From positions 33,668,001 to 33,732,000 of the forward strand of contig CM052818.1 of assembly GCA_028534125.1 (NCBI GenBank): a DNA stretch of 64,000 nucleotides, given 5' to 3'. Origin of the DNA: Lama glama. Lineage: Eukaryota. The notes under the pieces are model-generated. The model saw only the letters and a list, made by a program, of their open reading frames with translations. It made no database searches and had not been told where the DNA came from. The translations under genes and the position numbers were made by a program. Positions 10,905 to 23,492 of the stretch are shown in pieces (positions within the stretch are counted from its first letter, which is position 1; the number at the start of each line of letters is the position of its first letter).

Positions 10905-12610
10905 AGCTGCCTCCTTTTTAAAACACATGATATTAATCTTTTTGAAGAGTTCAGGTCAGTTGTCTTGTAGAATGGCCCACTTACTGGATTATCTCCACAA
11001 AATTAGATTCAGATTAAATATGATCGGCAAAAGTAGTATATAAGTAATAATTGCATATCATTTATTGCACCTACCTATTAATAATAGTTGCTACTATTTT
11101 AACTGTCCCAAACTAATGAGAACATACGAGAAATAGGCTTAATATTTAAAAGTTGCTGTTGGGCCAGTTGAAGGCCAGAAAGTGTCTTGGTGCATAGACC
11201 AATCGAAGGTTCTGAAGACATTGGAATAGTGAAAAGGGAGGGAGAACTGTGCCATCACATGCTTGGCACCTGTTAGTACAGATATGCCCCCAACTTCAAG
11301 TAGCAGTCAGTACCATATTTACACTTTGAGGGCAATTTAGCTTCCACAAAATAATACTGTCCATCATTTTAAATTATTCCTGTTATTTAGAATTTGTAGT
11401 TTTGTGTCAGTTTTCTAATTTTAATTATTAGGAAGAGCTGTGAACGTCAGAAGTCTATACTTAGTTTTATACATAAGTAAGAAACTGTGTCACAGAAATA
11501 ATTTGCTCCAGCTATAGGGGTGCTGAAAGAATTATTCTCCTTTGAAACAGATTGCTTACTACTACTCAAGTAAAGCAATACTGATTTAGCGGTGTTACTA
11601 GGCACTTCTGAAGCCTTTGGCGTTTACCCTAGAGAGACTGGCCAGAGGAAATGATGATGTAAATAGTAAATGAAAAGTTATTTGACAATTGGTTTTCTTA
11701 TTTTCCAATCATCATATGAATTGCAGTCGTTGCTACTGAGCAGATAACAGTAAAGTGGGCGAATAGCTCCTCACACGCTCTTGTACAGCAAGGACGGGAT
11801 GACCTGTGCCAGGTGTGAACCAAGGAAGAGTTATTTTCTGTACCCTGTTATATTCTTATCTATTTGCTCCCTTTGTCAGAGGGAGGCAGAAGATAGATAG
11901 GAAATTTCAGGAGAACTGGAAAATTATAAGAAGCTTATTAAAAGTTAATTTTAGGAGATCAGCTTTTTGAGGTGTGTTTTCTTGTTTTAGAAAGATTAGG
12001 ATTTTGCAGTAGTGATTAGGTGCAAAACAGTGTATTATGAAGAACATGGCATCTAGAGTCACATAGGATATGATAAAAATGTTTTGTAAGCTCTATATGT
12101 TTTAAATAGCTTTTGTAAAATTGAATTGCTTTCCAATTTTACAAATGGTCTGTTGTAGTCAAATAAGAATCTCCTAATGGGACTGTGAATTTCTAAAAGT
12201 CCATATACTGCCCAGGATGTGAGGAACCTACATTCTGATGAAATAATTAGAGCACCATTGAGCCATATCTGAGTTATACTCTTAAAATTAATCAGATCCT
12301 AAAAGTGATCAAAATTGAGCAGTTGATACAAGGAGAACAAAATTTCCTTTCCACTAGGTACTCTTTATACTGTTTATTCTAGACATTATTGCCTATTTAA
12401 ACTTTGTGTAATTGAGGAAGCTCAGGGATAATACTATGGTTGAGACATGCCCTGACAGCAGCAGAATGAAACTGGGCTATGTAACCTGCCTAGAATTCCC
12501 CTGGGAAGCTGAGCCAGTGGTTTGACTGGAATTGTAAGCCTTTTAGGGAGACAGGACAAGTCACCCCTTTGCAAGAGCATTAATACTACTACCATGTCTC
12601 CACTTTTCAG

Positions 12611-12935
12611 TGGGAAAGGGGAACCCGTGACTGAACTCAGCTGGCACTCCTGCCGGCAGCTCCTCTACCAGGCAGTGGCCACAATCCTGGCTCACGCAGG
12701 CTTTGAGTGTGCTAATGAAAGTGTCCTGGAGACCCTAACTGACGTGGCACATGAGTACTGCCTTAAGTTCACCAAGTTGCTGCGCTTTGCTGTGGATCAG
12801 GAGGCCCGGCTGGGGCAGACTCCTTTCCCCGACGTTATGGAGCAGGTGTTCCATGAAGTGGGCATTGGCAGTGTGCTCTCCCTCCAGAAGTTCTGGCAGC
12901 ACCGCATCAAGGACTATCACAGTTACATGCTACAG
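12611..12935 (+). CDS. SUPT7L: SUPT7L coding exon (histone-fold / bromodomain-associated domain)
   Basis: GKGEPVTELSWHSCRQLLYQAVATILAHAGF...YHSYMLQ; ttttcag| ... |gtgag. Confidence 0.96.
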
Positions 12936-13883
12936 GTGAGATGAGCCTAAGGAGAAGTGGGTAGAGGTGTGTAATCGAGGGGTGTTCAGCAGGACCCTGT
13001 TAACACTTGCTCTGGAACGCTGAGAGCAGGGTCTTAGAACAGAGCTGTGCCCTGTGTCCAGCTGTGCTGGGCCCTAGCTGTATTCCACTGGCCTCATCAC
13101 TGACCTGGACAGACCCAGGGGCCTCCCTTAGCTGGTAGAGTTTGAGAGAATGTGGTTAGTTTGCTTCTATTCAGCAAATATTTATTGAGTGCATGTTGTG
13201 AGTCAGGCACTGTGCGAAACATCAGTTAACAAGTCCCTCGAGTTTGCATTCTTGCTGAGGGAAACAAGAACAAGTAAACAATGATCAAAATAATCGGCGT
13301 TTCAAATAGTGTTGAGTGTCATGAAAAACAAAACAGAGTGAGGTGATACTGCCCAAGGGTGGGATGTGGGGGTTACGGGGAGACACCATTTTTGGTTAGA
13401 ACCAAAAATATCTAATCTCTTCAACCTTTGTGGCCTTAAGCATTTTGTTCACTGTTTTGGTTTCCCCAAATCTAAAATACGGTAAGGAATTCTTAACACT
13501 GAACAATTTTTGCTAAGTGAACCAGATTTCCTACGTTTGTTATCCACCTGTGGTACATATGTCAAATGTTAGTTTTTATAGCCAAAAAATGTGATCTTTT
13601 GTCTTTCGTTTTTGTAGCCAAAAATGTGATCTTTTAGTGTAACACAGTCTGTTTATTTTTCACTTTTATGCACCTTTTAATGACATACATACTCTCTGCC
13701 AAACAAATTTTCTTGACATGTCTCTGTCATTTACAAATGCAAACTCAATACAAGTTCCTTCCATTGGCAGTGGATGCTTTATTCATAGTCCTGTTCTGTT
13801 GGCTTTTCCATGGGATGCTACAATCTGATTATCCAGCTTGCTCTTAACATTTCCTTGGAAAATTGACTCTTGCTTGCCAACAG

Positions 13884-14121
13884 ATTAGTAAACAGCTCTC
13901 TGAAGAGTATGAAAGGATTGTCAATCCTGAGAAGGCCACAGAGGACACTAAACCTGTAAAGATCAAGGAGGAACCTGTAAGCGACATCACGTTCCCTGTC
14001 AGTGAGGAACTGGAGGTTGACCTGGCTTCTGGAGACCAGTCACTGCCCATGGGAGTCCTCGGGGCTCAGAGCGAGCGCTTCCCATCCAACCTGGAGGTCG
14101 AGGCTTCACCACAGGCTTCAA
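13884..14121 (+). CDS. SUPT7L: SUPT7L coding exon
   Basis: ISKQLSEEYERIVNPEKAT...EASPQAS; cag| ... |gtaag. Confidence 0.95.
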
Positions 14122-15425
14122 GTAAGAGAAACCAACTTACTCATTTTGATTCTGGGAGATCTGCCAATCTCAGTACTTTTTGTTTTGGAATCAAACTCTG
14201 GAAATGGAAGAAAAGTGAGGGTGGGCAGGAGAATGGAAAATCTAAAGACAAATATAGCTTCACTGATCTAGAGATACCAACATTCTCTGTGTAATGAGTG
14301 AAGACATGAGAAGCACAGCTCAGGCATTCTTTAAAATAATTCCTAGTTAGGATGTAGATGCACTCACTAGGTGTTATCCTGTTGATGACCAGGGTTAATT
14401 CAGCTGACCCAGCTTAGGGTGGCGGGGTGCAGATGGCCTCTTGTTCTCTGTATTCTGTACTGGTCTTTCCTGATGCTTATGCTCAATTGATTAAGGCAAC
14501 TTCCAGAAAGATAGAGTGATGTTAATTGATTAAGCATATGTGAATAGTTGGGGTTCCTTCCTAAAGTACCCCCAACAAATTGGAACTGAAAAGGATTGAA
14601 ATAGGGTTACCCAATGACAGGCAGCTGGCCTCCTCTTCCAGATAGACCCTGTGATTACCTTCAGAACCAGGATGACTCCATTTCTAAGTCAGTTAAATTG
14701 CAGCTTAGTCTAGACATCAGTTCTTTACAAATATAAATTGTCATTTCATCAATGCACAAATGATGCATATAGCAAATCCCCCAGTGTGGCCTAAACAGAA
14801 TTAGGCCACATTTTTTACAGTATTGGGCAGAAAGCCTTTCACCATGGAAGTCTTAAGAACCACAGAACAGTATTGCTAGAACACACAGAGTTAAAGAGAA
14901 ATTATTGCAGACATTGGGGCCATGTCTCTTTTCAGCAGTCTGGGAACTGCTACCAGCATTTTGTAGTGATCATTAACTTTTCATAATGTAAGAAAGGACC
15001 AGGGACCCAAACAAAAGGCAGTAAAACCAGACAGCCCCATAAAAGGAAGGACAGGCAAATGTAACTCCTGACCAAGAGCTCATGGTTGTGCCTAACTTTG
15101 AGCCAGGAGACAGGGAATGTTCCCACCTGTATAATTCTACAGGAAAACTGTTTACTGTTTTAGGGAAAATGGAGGTGGGTGAGGTAAAGGAGGGTGAGGG
15201 TAAAGGAGGTAAAGGGTAGAAGAGGGTGAGGAAGTGAAAAGGAAGATATTCAGAGTTGGTAACTTTTCGATGCAGAGTACTTATCCAGCCAGGTAGGGAA
15301 TCAGAGTGAAAACTGAGTTCAAAGGCCAGCAGTTGGCCCTGGGTGGTGTATGCCTTCTACTTTGTTACAGCCTTGGCTTACTTGGCTTACTGCTTGTTAG
15401 TTCTGTGTTCTTCTTCCATTCCTAG

Positions 15426-15688
15426 GTACGGAGGTGAATGCTTCCCCCCTTTGGAACTTGGCCCATGTAAAAATGGAGCCTCAAGAGAATGAAGAAGGCA
15501 ACGTGTCCGGGCATGGCGTGCTGGGCAGTGATGTGTTCGAGGAGCCCATGTCAGGCATGAGTGAAGCTGGGATCCCCCAGAGCCCTGATGACTCAGACAG
15601 CAGCTATGGCTCCCACTCCACTGACAGCCTCATGGGGTCCTCCCCTGTTTTCAACCAGCGCTGCAAGAAGAGGATGAGGAAAATATAA
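15426..15688 (+). CDS. SUPT7L: SUPT7L last coding exon
   Basis: TEVNASPLWNLAHVKMEPQE...RCKKRMRKI-TAA; cctag| acceptor, phase 1. Confidence 0.95.
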
Positions 15689-16475
15689 AAGGCAAAGGGG
15701 GAGATTTTCTGTCCAGACCTACAAGACCTAGCAGAAAATGTATTCAACTGTTTCCATGAACAGTGATTTGACTCTTACTCTTAAACACAGTGGATTTTTC
15801 TGATTTCGGTGGAACTGGATTTAAGCAAACAAGTTTGTATTTTCCTTTTGCATCCAGTTTTTATAGTTTTCCACAACAACCAAGCCACCTTTCACAGACA
15901 TCACGACACTGGGGGTGGTAATCCAGAGACCAAAGCACTGTCCCTGACTCTTGTCTTTACTGTGTGACTAGACAAGTGACTTAGCTTCTCCAGAGCCATT
16001 TCTCTCACACAACTGAGAAGAATCATACTGCTTTGACCTCCCTTGCAGGGATGTTATGAAGACTGAGATGTTATTAAGTCTCAAAGCTGTGCTTAAACAG
16101 GCTCACAAATCAATATATGATGATACCAGATGTCAGTTTTTCCTTTTAACGTGCTTCATTTTTGGTTCAAGTCATTGGGAGTCCAGTGCTAATACCTGAT
16201 AGGAAATAGCTGAACACTGCACAACTTAAATATTAGTAGTCTTTTTTTAAACTGTCCTCGCTGCCCATGAAGTCTCATAAAATCAGAGTGGTCTGTGGTA
16301 AACAGCCTTTTTGCTTATTCAGATAGTACTACCCTGTCTCTGCCACATATTTCCTTCTTCTTTCTCTAGACTTATCCCTTGTATCCCCATCCTTTTGTCT
16401 TTACATTATTTCCACTCACATACTTTTTTTATATTTTCACCATGCACATTTTTCAGTTGCTTTCATTTTCTCCCT

Positions 16476-16522
16476 TGTGAACGAGGCTAACAGGACCTGT
16501 GAACGAGGCTAACAGGACCTGT
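16476..16522. repeat. Perfect 22-bp tandem duplication (TGTGAACGAGGCTAACAGGACC)x2
   Basis: Directly visible. Confidence 0.95.
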
Positions 16523-17554
16523 CCAAGGACGGGCTTGTGCCTATTTCATTTGTTGCATTTGCTTGGCCATCAGAGGACCTTTGCTACAATTCTGTATCTG
16601 CACATTGTGCTCTTACTGGATGAGCAGCCGCTAAAAGGATAAAAATAGGCACCTTTCTATTTTACATCTTGTCCTGAACAACTTTACTGTTGTTACTCAC
16701 CTATCACAGTATCTGCCCTGCTTGGCATCTGATAGACTCAATCAGTATTTATTAAATAAATGATACAGCTACTGGAATAATTAGGAGTAATTAGCAAATG
16801 TGGGCATGATAAATACTGCTGAAGTTTGGTTTGGGGGTGCAGAATACAAGTCTTGTGAAACTTAGAACACTCCCTTAGTAGACCACACATCAAGGCCCAC
16901 ATTGTTGAATGCCTTAAATGTTCCAGGCATTGAAAATAAAGATAAATGCAGTAGCAACAAAATGAGGTTCTAAACTGTTACCGGATCATTTATAAACTTG
17001 CTAATTGTACATCCTTAGCACCCTTACCTAAATCCTTCCTATTCCAGGCTTAGCTTCATTTTCCCTTATTTATTTATGAGAGTAGACATCAGGCAATCAG
17101 TTTCCACCATGAGACACCTAGTATTTAATCCATTCAGTTAGCAAACATTTATTGAGGACCTATTATGTACTAGGTCCTGTACAAGGAATACAAAGATGAG
17201 TAAGACTTTGTAACTGCCCTTATGGAGCTTATACAACAGGCTGGACAAGTTACTCTTTAAGGAAAAAGTATTCAAAGGCACTAAGGGGAAAAAACAGCTA
17301 TGTTCAGAGTTTTGCTATGCAAATGGTTTCCTCTTAAAGAACAGGTTCAAGTTTTTAGACCAGTGGTTCCCAATACTCAAAGAATATTGAAATTAATACT
17401 TCATGGTAAAACACTTGTTTATTTTTAGAATGTTTAAATTAAAGAATAGGCACCAGATGGTCAAGGTTGGGGTACTCTGATAAAGCAGGTCATGTGAGCT
17501 TTCATACCTGAGATTCACCTGGCCTGGAATTACGTCACAGGCTATTTGAGTTAG

Positions 17555-17725
17555 AGAGTGGTCTCAAGTATAGCATGCATCAGAATCCCCTGGAGGCCTT
17601 ATTATACTAGACTACTGGACTCCACCCCCACAGTTTGTGACTCAGGTCTAGAGTATCCCATTTCTAGTAATTTCCCAGGTGATGCTGATGCTTCTGGTCC
17701 AGAGACCACATTTTGAGGAACACTA
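17555..17725. mobile_element. MER5A-like hAT MITE
   Basis: GCATCAGAATCCCCTGGAG...TTCCCAGGTGATGCTGATGCT. Confidence 0.7.
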
Positions 17726-18682
17726 AATTGGAATAAAGATTAGGCAGGGATAAAATTCCTTAAGAGAAATGTATTATGTTTTAAGATACTGAGAACATGG
17801 AGGCAGAGCAAACACTTACCATGGCTGTTAGGTATGGAATGTGCACCTGACCAAATCATGGGCTTTGAATAAATCACTAAGGATACTCTGCATTAAGTTC
17901 AAAGAACAATACAAACAGGGCCTGGCTTTGTACCTGGTTACTAGGTGTGTGTACACAAAACTTCAGTAAACATCTTTATAGAGGCTTTAAACCTCTCTTT
18001 TGAACAGAAGTGATTATTTGTGATAATTTTCTTATTTGAAATTATGACAGACAGGCTTACAACAAAGTTAAAATTAAAAACTCTTTATCCAAGTCACCAT
18101 CAAAAGTAAAATTCTTATTCATTAATTATGTACTTTCCTCAATGAACCTGGTGTTCTATAATGAGCTACCCAGTGTGAGGTACATTTCATACCAATGTTG
18201 ATTGGTTGCCAAGGAGACTCCACTGCTGCTCTGGACAAGCTCCTGTTTCCATCTCCCTTTCTGCTAAAAGGACAGGAACTCATGGTGTAGGTTCAAGGGC
18301 AAGATGCTGAGGAAGTGGAAGCTACAGATCTAGCCTAATAGAAGAGATCTGAAGTGAACTAAGTTCTCTGTCTGCTCCACTATCAGCAGCAAAAGTATGT
18401 GAGCTCAAATGAAAAAACTTGGCAGTTTTAGGTTTGAAGGGACATCCTCATCCAAAAACAGAATATCCTTCCTTGCATAAATCCAAGGGAAAGGCCAAGG
18501 GGAATCAGCATCTACCCATGAGGTCCAAAGGTATCCTATCCCTGGCTTCATCTGAGACAGGAGATTTTACTAATAAGAGAAACTACTACTCTGAACAAAA
18601 TTGTCCATTACAGTAGCCCCCAATCAGAAATAAGGACAGTTCCTTCACACAGAGTTCCAAAATTTTGGACTTCAGCTAGAAA

Positions 18683-18768
18683 CTATTTGTTGTTTCTCTT
18701 CCAGTACTGTGCCATTGATTCTTGCATAAAGTTCTGGAATGCTGGCTCTTCACGGCTTTCCTCTGTAA
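18683..18768 (-). CDS. GPN1: GPN-loop GTPase 1, exon 14 (last)
   Basis: TEESREEPAFQNFMQESMAQYWKRNNK-TAG; the 14 exons sum to 1125 nt = 374 aa + stop. Confidence 0.94.
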
Positions 18769-18852
18769 CTGTAAGGAAAAAAGGTCAATTCTTTTTAAAC
18801 TCTCCCTATTAGGCAGATTAGAGCAGCTATCACCCAATCATCAGAAATAGTA

Positions 18853-19068
18853 CAGTTGAACAACTCAGGTTTGAACTACATGGGTCCACTTATAGACAGA
18901 TTTTTTTCAACAGTAAATATTAATAGTAAATACAGTACGACACGATCCGCAGTTGGTGGACTCCACAGTGCGGAACCACAGAGGGCCAACTATAAGTCCG
19001 TTTACAGAGATTTTCAACTGTGAAGAGGGTGGGCAGCCCTAAACCCTGGGCTGCTCAAGGGTCAACTG
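18853..19068. mobile_element. Tigger2-derived MITE (MER8-like)
   Basis: TIRs CAGTTGA...TCAACTG flanked by a TA target duplication. Confidence 0.8.
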
Positions 19069-19229
19069 TACTCTAAGACACTACATGTTCACTTCTCCCA
19101 ATAAGGAAATATCTTCCAGAAGCATGCTCTATTTATCATGTTGCCCAAAATGTACAATTTCTTTGACCTTTAAGTGGGGAGAATACCTCCTTTGTTAAGT
19201 AACTAAAATGAGATCCCACTCCTACATAT

Positions 19230-19710
19230 TTTTAACCAAGAGAAATGAAAACCTATTCCACGCAAAGGCCTATGAAATGTTTATAGCAGCTTTATTTACA
19301 ATAGCTAAAACTTGGAAACAACCCAAATGTCAATCAGTTGGTGAATGGATAAACAAAGGTATTCCATAATAGAATATTACTCAGCAATAAAAAAAACATG
19401 TTACTGATACATGCAATAACATGGATGGATCACAGGAACATTACACTGAGTGAAAAAAGCCAAATACAAGTTAAATACTGTGATTCCAATTAAATTATAG
19501 GAACAAAAATCAGATTAGTGGTTGTTAGGAATTACTGTGGGGGAAGGGACTGAATAAAAACAGGCATGAACTAAGTTTTAGGGTAATAGAAGTGTTCTGT
19601 TTCTTGATTATGATGGAGATTAAAGACCATATAGCTATATTAAAATTAATCAAACTATACACTTTAAAAGGGTAGGAGTTATTGTTTGTAAATTATACCT
19701 CAATAAATCT
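19230..19710 (+). mobile_element. L1 3' end relic
   Basis: GTTTATAGCAGCTTTATTT...GGAAACAACCCAAATGTC...AAATTATACCTCAATAAA. Confidence 0.75.
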
Positions 19711-19847
19711 CTTTTTTTTCTTTTTTTTGGGGGGAGGGGCAGGGGGGTTATTAGGTTTATTTATTTGATGGAGGTACTGAGGATTGAACCAAGGACCTTG
19801 TGCATACTAGGTATGTACTCTGCCACTAAGCCACACCCTCCCCCCAC
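19711..19847 (-). mobile_element. tRNA-derived SINE, same family
   Basis: Reverse A/B boxes; TSD CTCAATAAATCT; inserted at the 3' end of an L1. Confidence 0.8.
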
Positions 19848-20340
19848 TCAATAAATCTTATTCAATGAGACAATTTACATCTTAGCACCCAGCACCCTAG
19901 AAGGGAGTTTTGCTTTTGGGCATAGCTAGGACCTAAAAGGGTTGTTTCAAGAAATAGATTCTGTCTACAGTCCATGAAACTATGCCATGTGGAAGCCTTT
20001 TGGGTTTCCAGAGCCATTTTATCCACAACGTCACAGTCCTTTCTAACTGGTTTAGATCTGCTGAGGCCTTTTTATGTATTCTTAAAGCAATGATTACAAT
20101 AAACAATCCTAGATTCCTCAGATTGAGTTAGCACCTAAAGATGGGAAGACACAGGACTCACAAAAGGCTTGTAATCAAACTCAGTATTAACCATTCAGCA
20201 GGAAGGCCAGGAACTCTTTCCTGGTGCTGCATCCTTTATCATTTCCTCTCTCCCCTATTATTGGCTGCATGCTTAAGGTCTTCTCTCAACAACAGGAAGC
20301 TCCTGAGCAAACAATGAGAGGATAAGCAGCTGTTCTGTTT

Positions 20341-20537
20341 TCTGTTTTTTTTATGATTCTTTTTAAATAATTTTTTTTAAACTTTAGGTTTATTGGGTTT
20401 TTGGTTGTTGTTGTTTGAGGGGTAGGTAATTAGGTTTATTTACATATTTTTTGTTTTTACTGGAGGTACTGGGGATTGAACCCAGGACCTCATGCATGCT
20501 AAGCAGGCATTCTATCAATTGAGCTATACTCTCCCCA
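20341..20537 (-). mobile_element. tRNA-derived SINE, same family
   Basis: GGGGATTGAACCCAGG (reverse B-box); TSD CAGCTGTTCTGTTT; ends ~40 bp from the GPN1 exon 13 donor. Confidence 0.85.
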
Positions 20538-20577
20538 CAGCTGTTCTGTTTTCATGGCCACCTCAGCCCCTTCTCAC

Positions 20578-20685
20578 CTCTGTGGTCAATATCATCAGTA
20601 TCACTGTCTGCTTCCTCATCCTCTTCATCCAAGGTTCCCCGAGTCAGGATCAAGTCAGAAGGGTCCAGCACAGGAGATGAACTGC
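20578..20685 (-). CDS. GPN1: GPN1 exon 13
   Basis: SSSPVLDPSDLILTRGTLDEEDEEADSDTDDIDHR; tag| ... |gtgag. Confidence 0.94.
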
Positions 20686-21869
20686 CTACAGTGAAAACAC
20701 GTATCAGCAGCATGTCATGAACACAGACCTCCTCAAAAGAGTGATTTTGAATCAATAAATAACTATGATTAAAAAATGGCAGGATGAAAGTGGTCATGAT
20801 ATAATGCAGGATCTTATCTTGTCTAAATGTACTGTTAATACCACTTAACATTTCTACACTAGTTTATTTTACACAGTGCCTTCGTAATGCAAAAAGCCCA
20901 AGAGGTCTCATTTTTAAGCTAAGGAAAATAATTCTCAAGTAGCATGTCTGAGTAGTAATGTCATTGGTTTTACTAGCTCACAGCTTGGAAGAGGCTATGG
21001 TTTTTCCTATGATGGCTAAAGACATTTGAGCAGATCCAGTGTGCCGATGAGTCAAGGGTAAAAGTGTTGAGTGTTAAGGAAGCTTCTTGGTGGAAACTGA
21101 AGTTCAGAGAGGGTCTGAAGAGAAAACAGGGTGAAATGATAGACAGTAAAGGAGCCAGGGTATTATTCAAGAAAAAGAGGAATCAACGAAAAATGGAATA
21201 TACTAATAGAGTCGAGTTCCCCATCCAGGGAAAAGGAATAAGTGCTGAACTCCAATTATGAGGAGGAAGTCTAATCAAGTAATTCTGAGGCTAGGGATTC
21301 AGCCTGCGGGGATTGGTCTCTATGAGAACCTAAAACCAAATCATGGAAGGTCATGACCACTCAACTCCCTCTTCAGGAGCCTAAAAGGTTAAGAGAGCTC
21401 AGCTGGGAAACAAGGGTGGCCAACAGCAGCAACATCAAGAGGCACAAATCTCAAGGGGCCAGTGGTCTTGAAAAAGGATGATGCAGTCATGTGCTCACAG
21501 TCAATGCTTCATTCTCTGCCCAAATAAGAATTATACAGCTGGACTTGTGATTTTCCACAAAAGATTTACGGAAACTCCCCTAACCTTTACCAGGTTATCT
21601 GAGTACAGTGGACCCTTTGCAGCAGATTTAACATTTGCCATTTCATGTAGTCATGAATGATTCCAAAGGACCACAGTACACAGAAATTTATGTTGCTGAG
21701 GAGGAAAACAAGGATGGCACAGGCAACCCACTCAACCAGTAAACCCAGCCAGGTTCCAGCACCTCCTCCTCCAAGCAGCTTTGCTATTCTCTACTAGGCA
21801 TATAGCAACAGCGGTCATGAATAGAACTTCACTTCTTTAAAAGCCAGTCAACCAATGATGGGCTGAGGG

Positions 21870-22930
21870 CAGGAGGGCATGTATATACTTAAATTTGAGC
21901 ACCAACCTAGGAACCCCTAGAGAATCAATGACAAAACTAACTCAAATAGTTAAAAAAAAAAAAAAGTAAAGTAGCAGAATAGAAAGACTAATATACAGAA
22001 ATGAAAAGTCTTCACATACACAAACATAACTAGTTAGAAGAAAAATCCCATTTTCAACACTTATAACAAAGAAGACAAAATCACTGGAATAAATTTAACA
22101 CATTTAACTCAAACCTACATGAGGAAAACACTCCTGAAAGACACAAAAGTAGACTTGGTAAGTACAGACACATTCCTTGTCCTTAAACAGGAAGAGTCAA
22201 TACCACAGAGATGTCAGATAATTAATTAATTAATTAATATAACACAATCCCAATAAAAATACCAAAGAGCTACATAAGTTGATACTAAAGGTGCAAGAAT
22301 AGTCAAGGAAACACTAAAAATGGTAACTTTGAGGGGCACTACCCCTAGCAGATATTAAAACATACTATAAAGCCTCTGTATAATTAAGGCAGCACAGTAC
22401 AGGCACACAGTCTAGAAGAATAAAATGACATAATTCAGAAATATACCCAAGTACATATGAAACTTTGGTATATGATACAGGTAGCATCTCATCAATGGGA
22501 CAGAGGTAGGCTTTTCAATAAATTGTGTGGGTACAACTATTTATGAAAAAGGTAACTTAGACCTATACCTCACACCATACCCAGGAATAAACTCTAAATG
22601 GATCAGGAAGGAATCCAGATGTAGAAAATAAAACCATTTAAGTACTACAATAAAACATGAGTGAATGCCTCTTTATTTTACACAGGTGTAGGTAAAAGAG
22701 TCCCAAGTCTGACTCAAAACCAGGTACAATAAAAGACAAATCTGACTACATTAAAACAAAACAGAATAAAAACTTCTGCATGGCAAAGGAACGCCATGAA
22801 CAAAGTCAAAGGGCAATGGACAAACAAGGAGAAAATACCTGCAACACGTGTCACAGAAAGATGGAGACTATCCCTGCCTAGATTAATAGATAGTAAAACT
22901 AGCAGGTGAACATTTGAAAATGAAAAAGAC
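21870..22930 (+). mobile_element. Degenerate L1 ORF2 relic
   Basis: A-rich decayed ORF2 text (CTCACACCATACCCAGGAATAAACTCTAAATGGATC etc.). Confidence 0.65.
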
Positions 22931-23401
22931 ATTTATCTAATCAAAGCATCACCCCACAAAAAAATTACTATGAAGGTAAAAAAAACCTGGCAGACACCAA
23001 TTTAAGTCATCAAGGATAAATCAGGATCGTGAGCCTCATATGATACATGGAAAAAACACAATTTCACATCTGTTAAGTTCTGCTAAAAATGAGCCACCTG
23101 AACTGAATCATGAGGAAATATCAAACTCAAATTGAGGAACATTCTATAAAAGGTATATAAGTCCTGCACACTTCAAAAATATCAATGTCACAAAATACAA
23201 AGGATCCATTCACAATTGAAGGAGACTCAAGAGACAACTCAGTGCAGATCTAGGATTTACCTAGATCAATCAATATAGACAGATATAAAATACTACATTT
23301 ACTTTATCCTATTCTCTTCCTCTTAAATATAAATAGCCACCTACTAGGTGGAAGTAAGTGCACCCCTCTTTGGTTCCTAACACCAAGAGACCCTGCAGTA
23401 C

Positions 23402-23492
23402 CTGCAGCAGTCCCTGTGTCCAAGGCTACAGAGCCCATATCTTTCCGAAGGCGTTCCAGCTGTTCTTCCTGCTGCTGGCTCTGTGCACAGGC
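23402..23492 (-). CDS. GPN1: GPN1 exon 12
   Basis: ACAQSQQQEEQLERLRKDMGSVALDTGTAA; tag| ... |gtact. Confidence 0.9.

Larger units (their letters stand above)
8140..11040 (-). mobile_element. Old L1ME-like 3'UTR relic split by the L1 and CCNE1 insertions (pieces ~8140-8600 and ~10920-11040)
   Basis: Text continues across the inserts (TTGTATTTGGTTG...TTTTTGAAGAGTTCAGGTCAGTTGTCTTGTAGAATG), as recalled for L1ME 3'UTRs. Confidence 0.55.

Noticed and set aside
13575..13636. Imperfect duplication TAGCCAAAAA(A)TGTGATCTTTT
   Set aside because: Short intronic slippage duplication with no sign of function
16476..16522. Direct repeat as a CRISPR-like array
   Set aside because: Only two abutting units, no spacers, eukaryotic context
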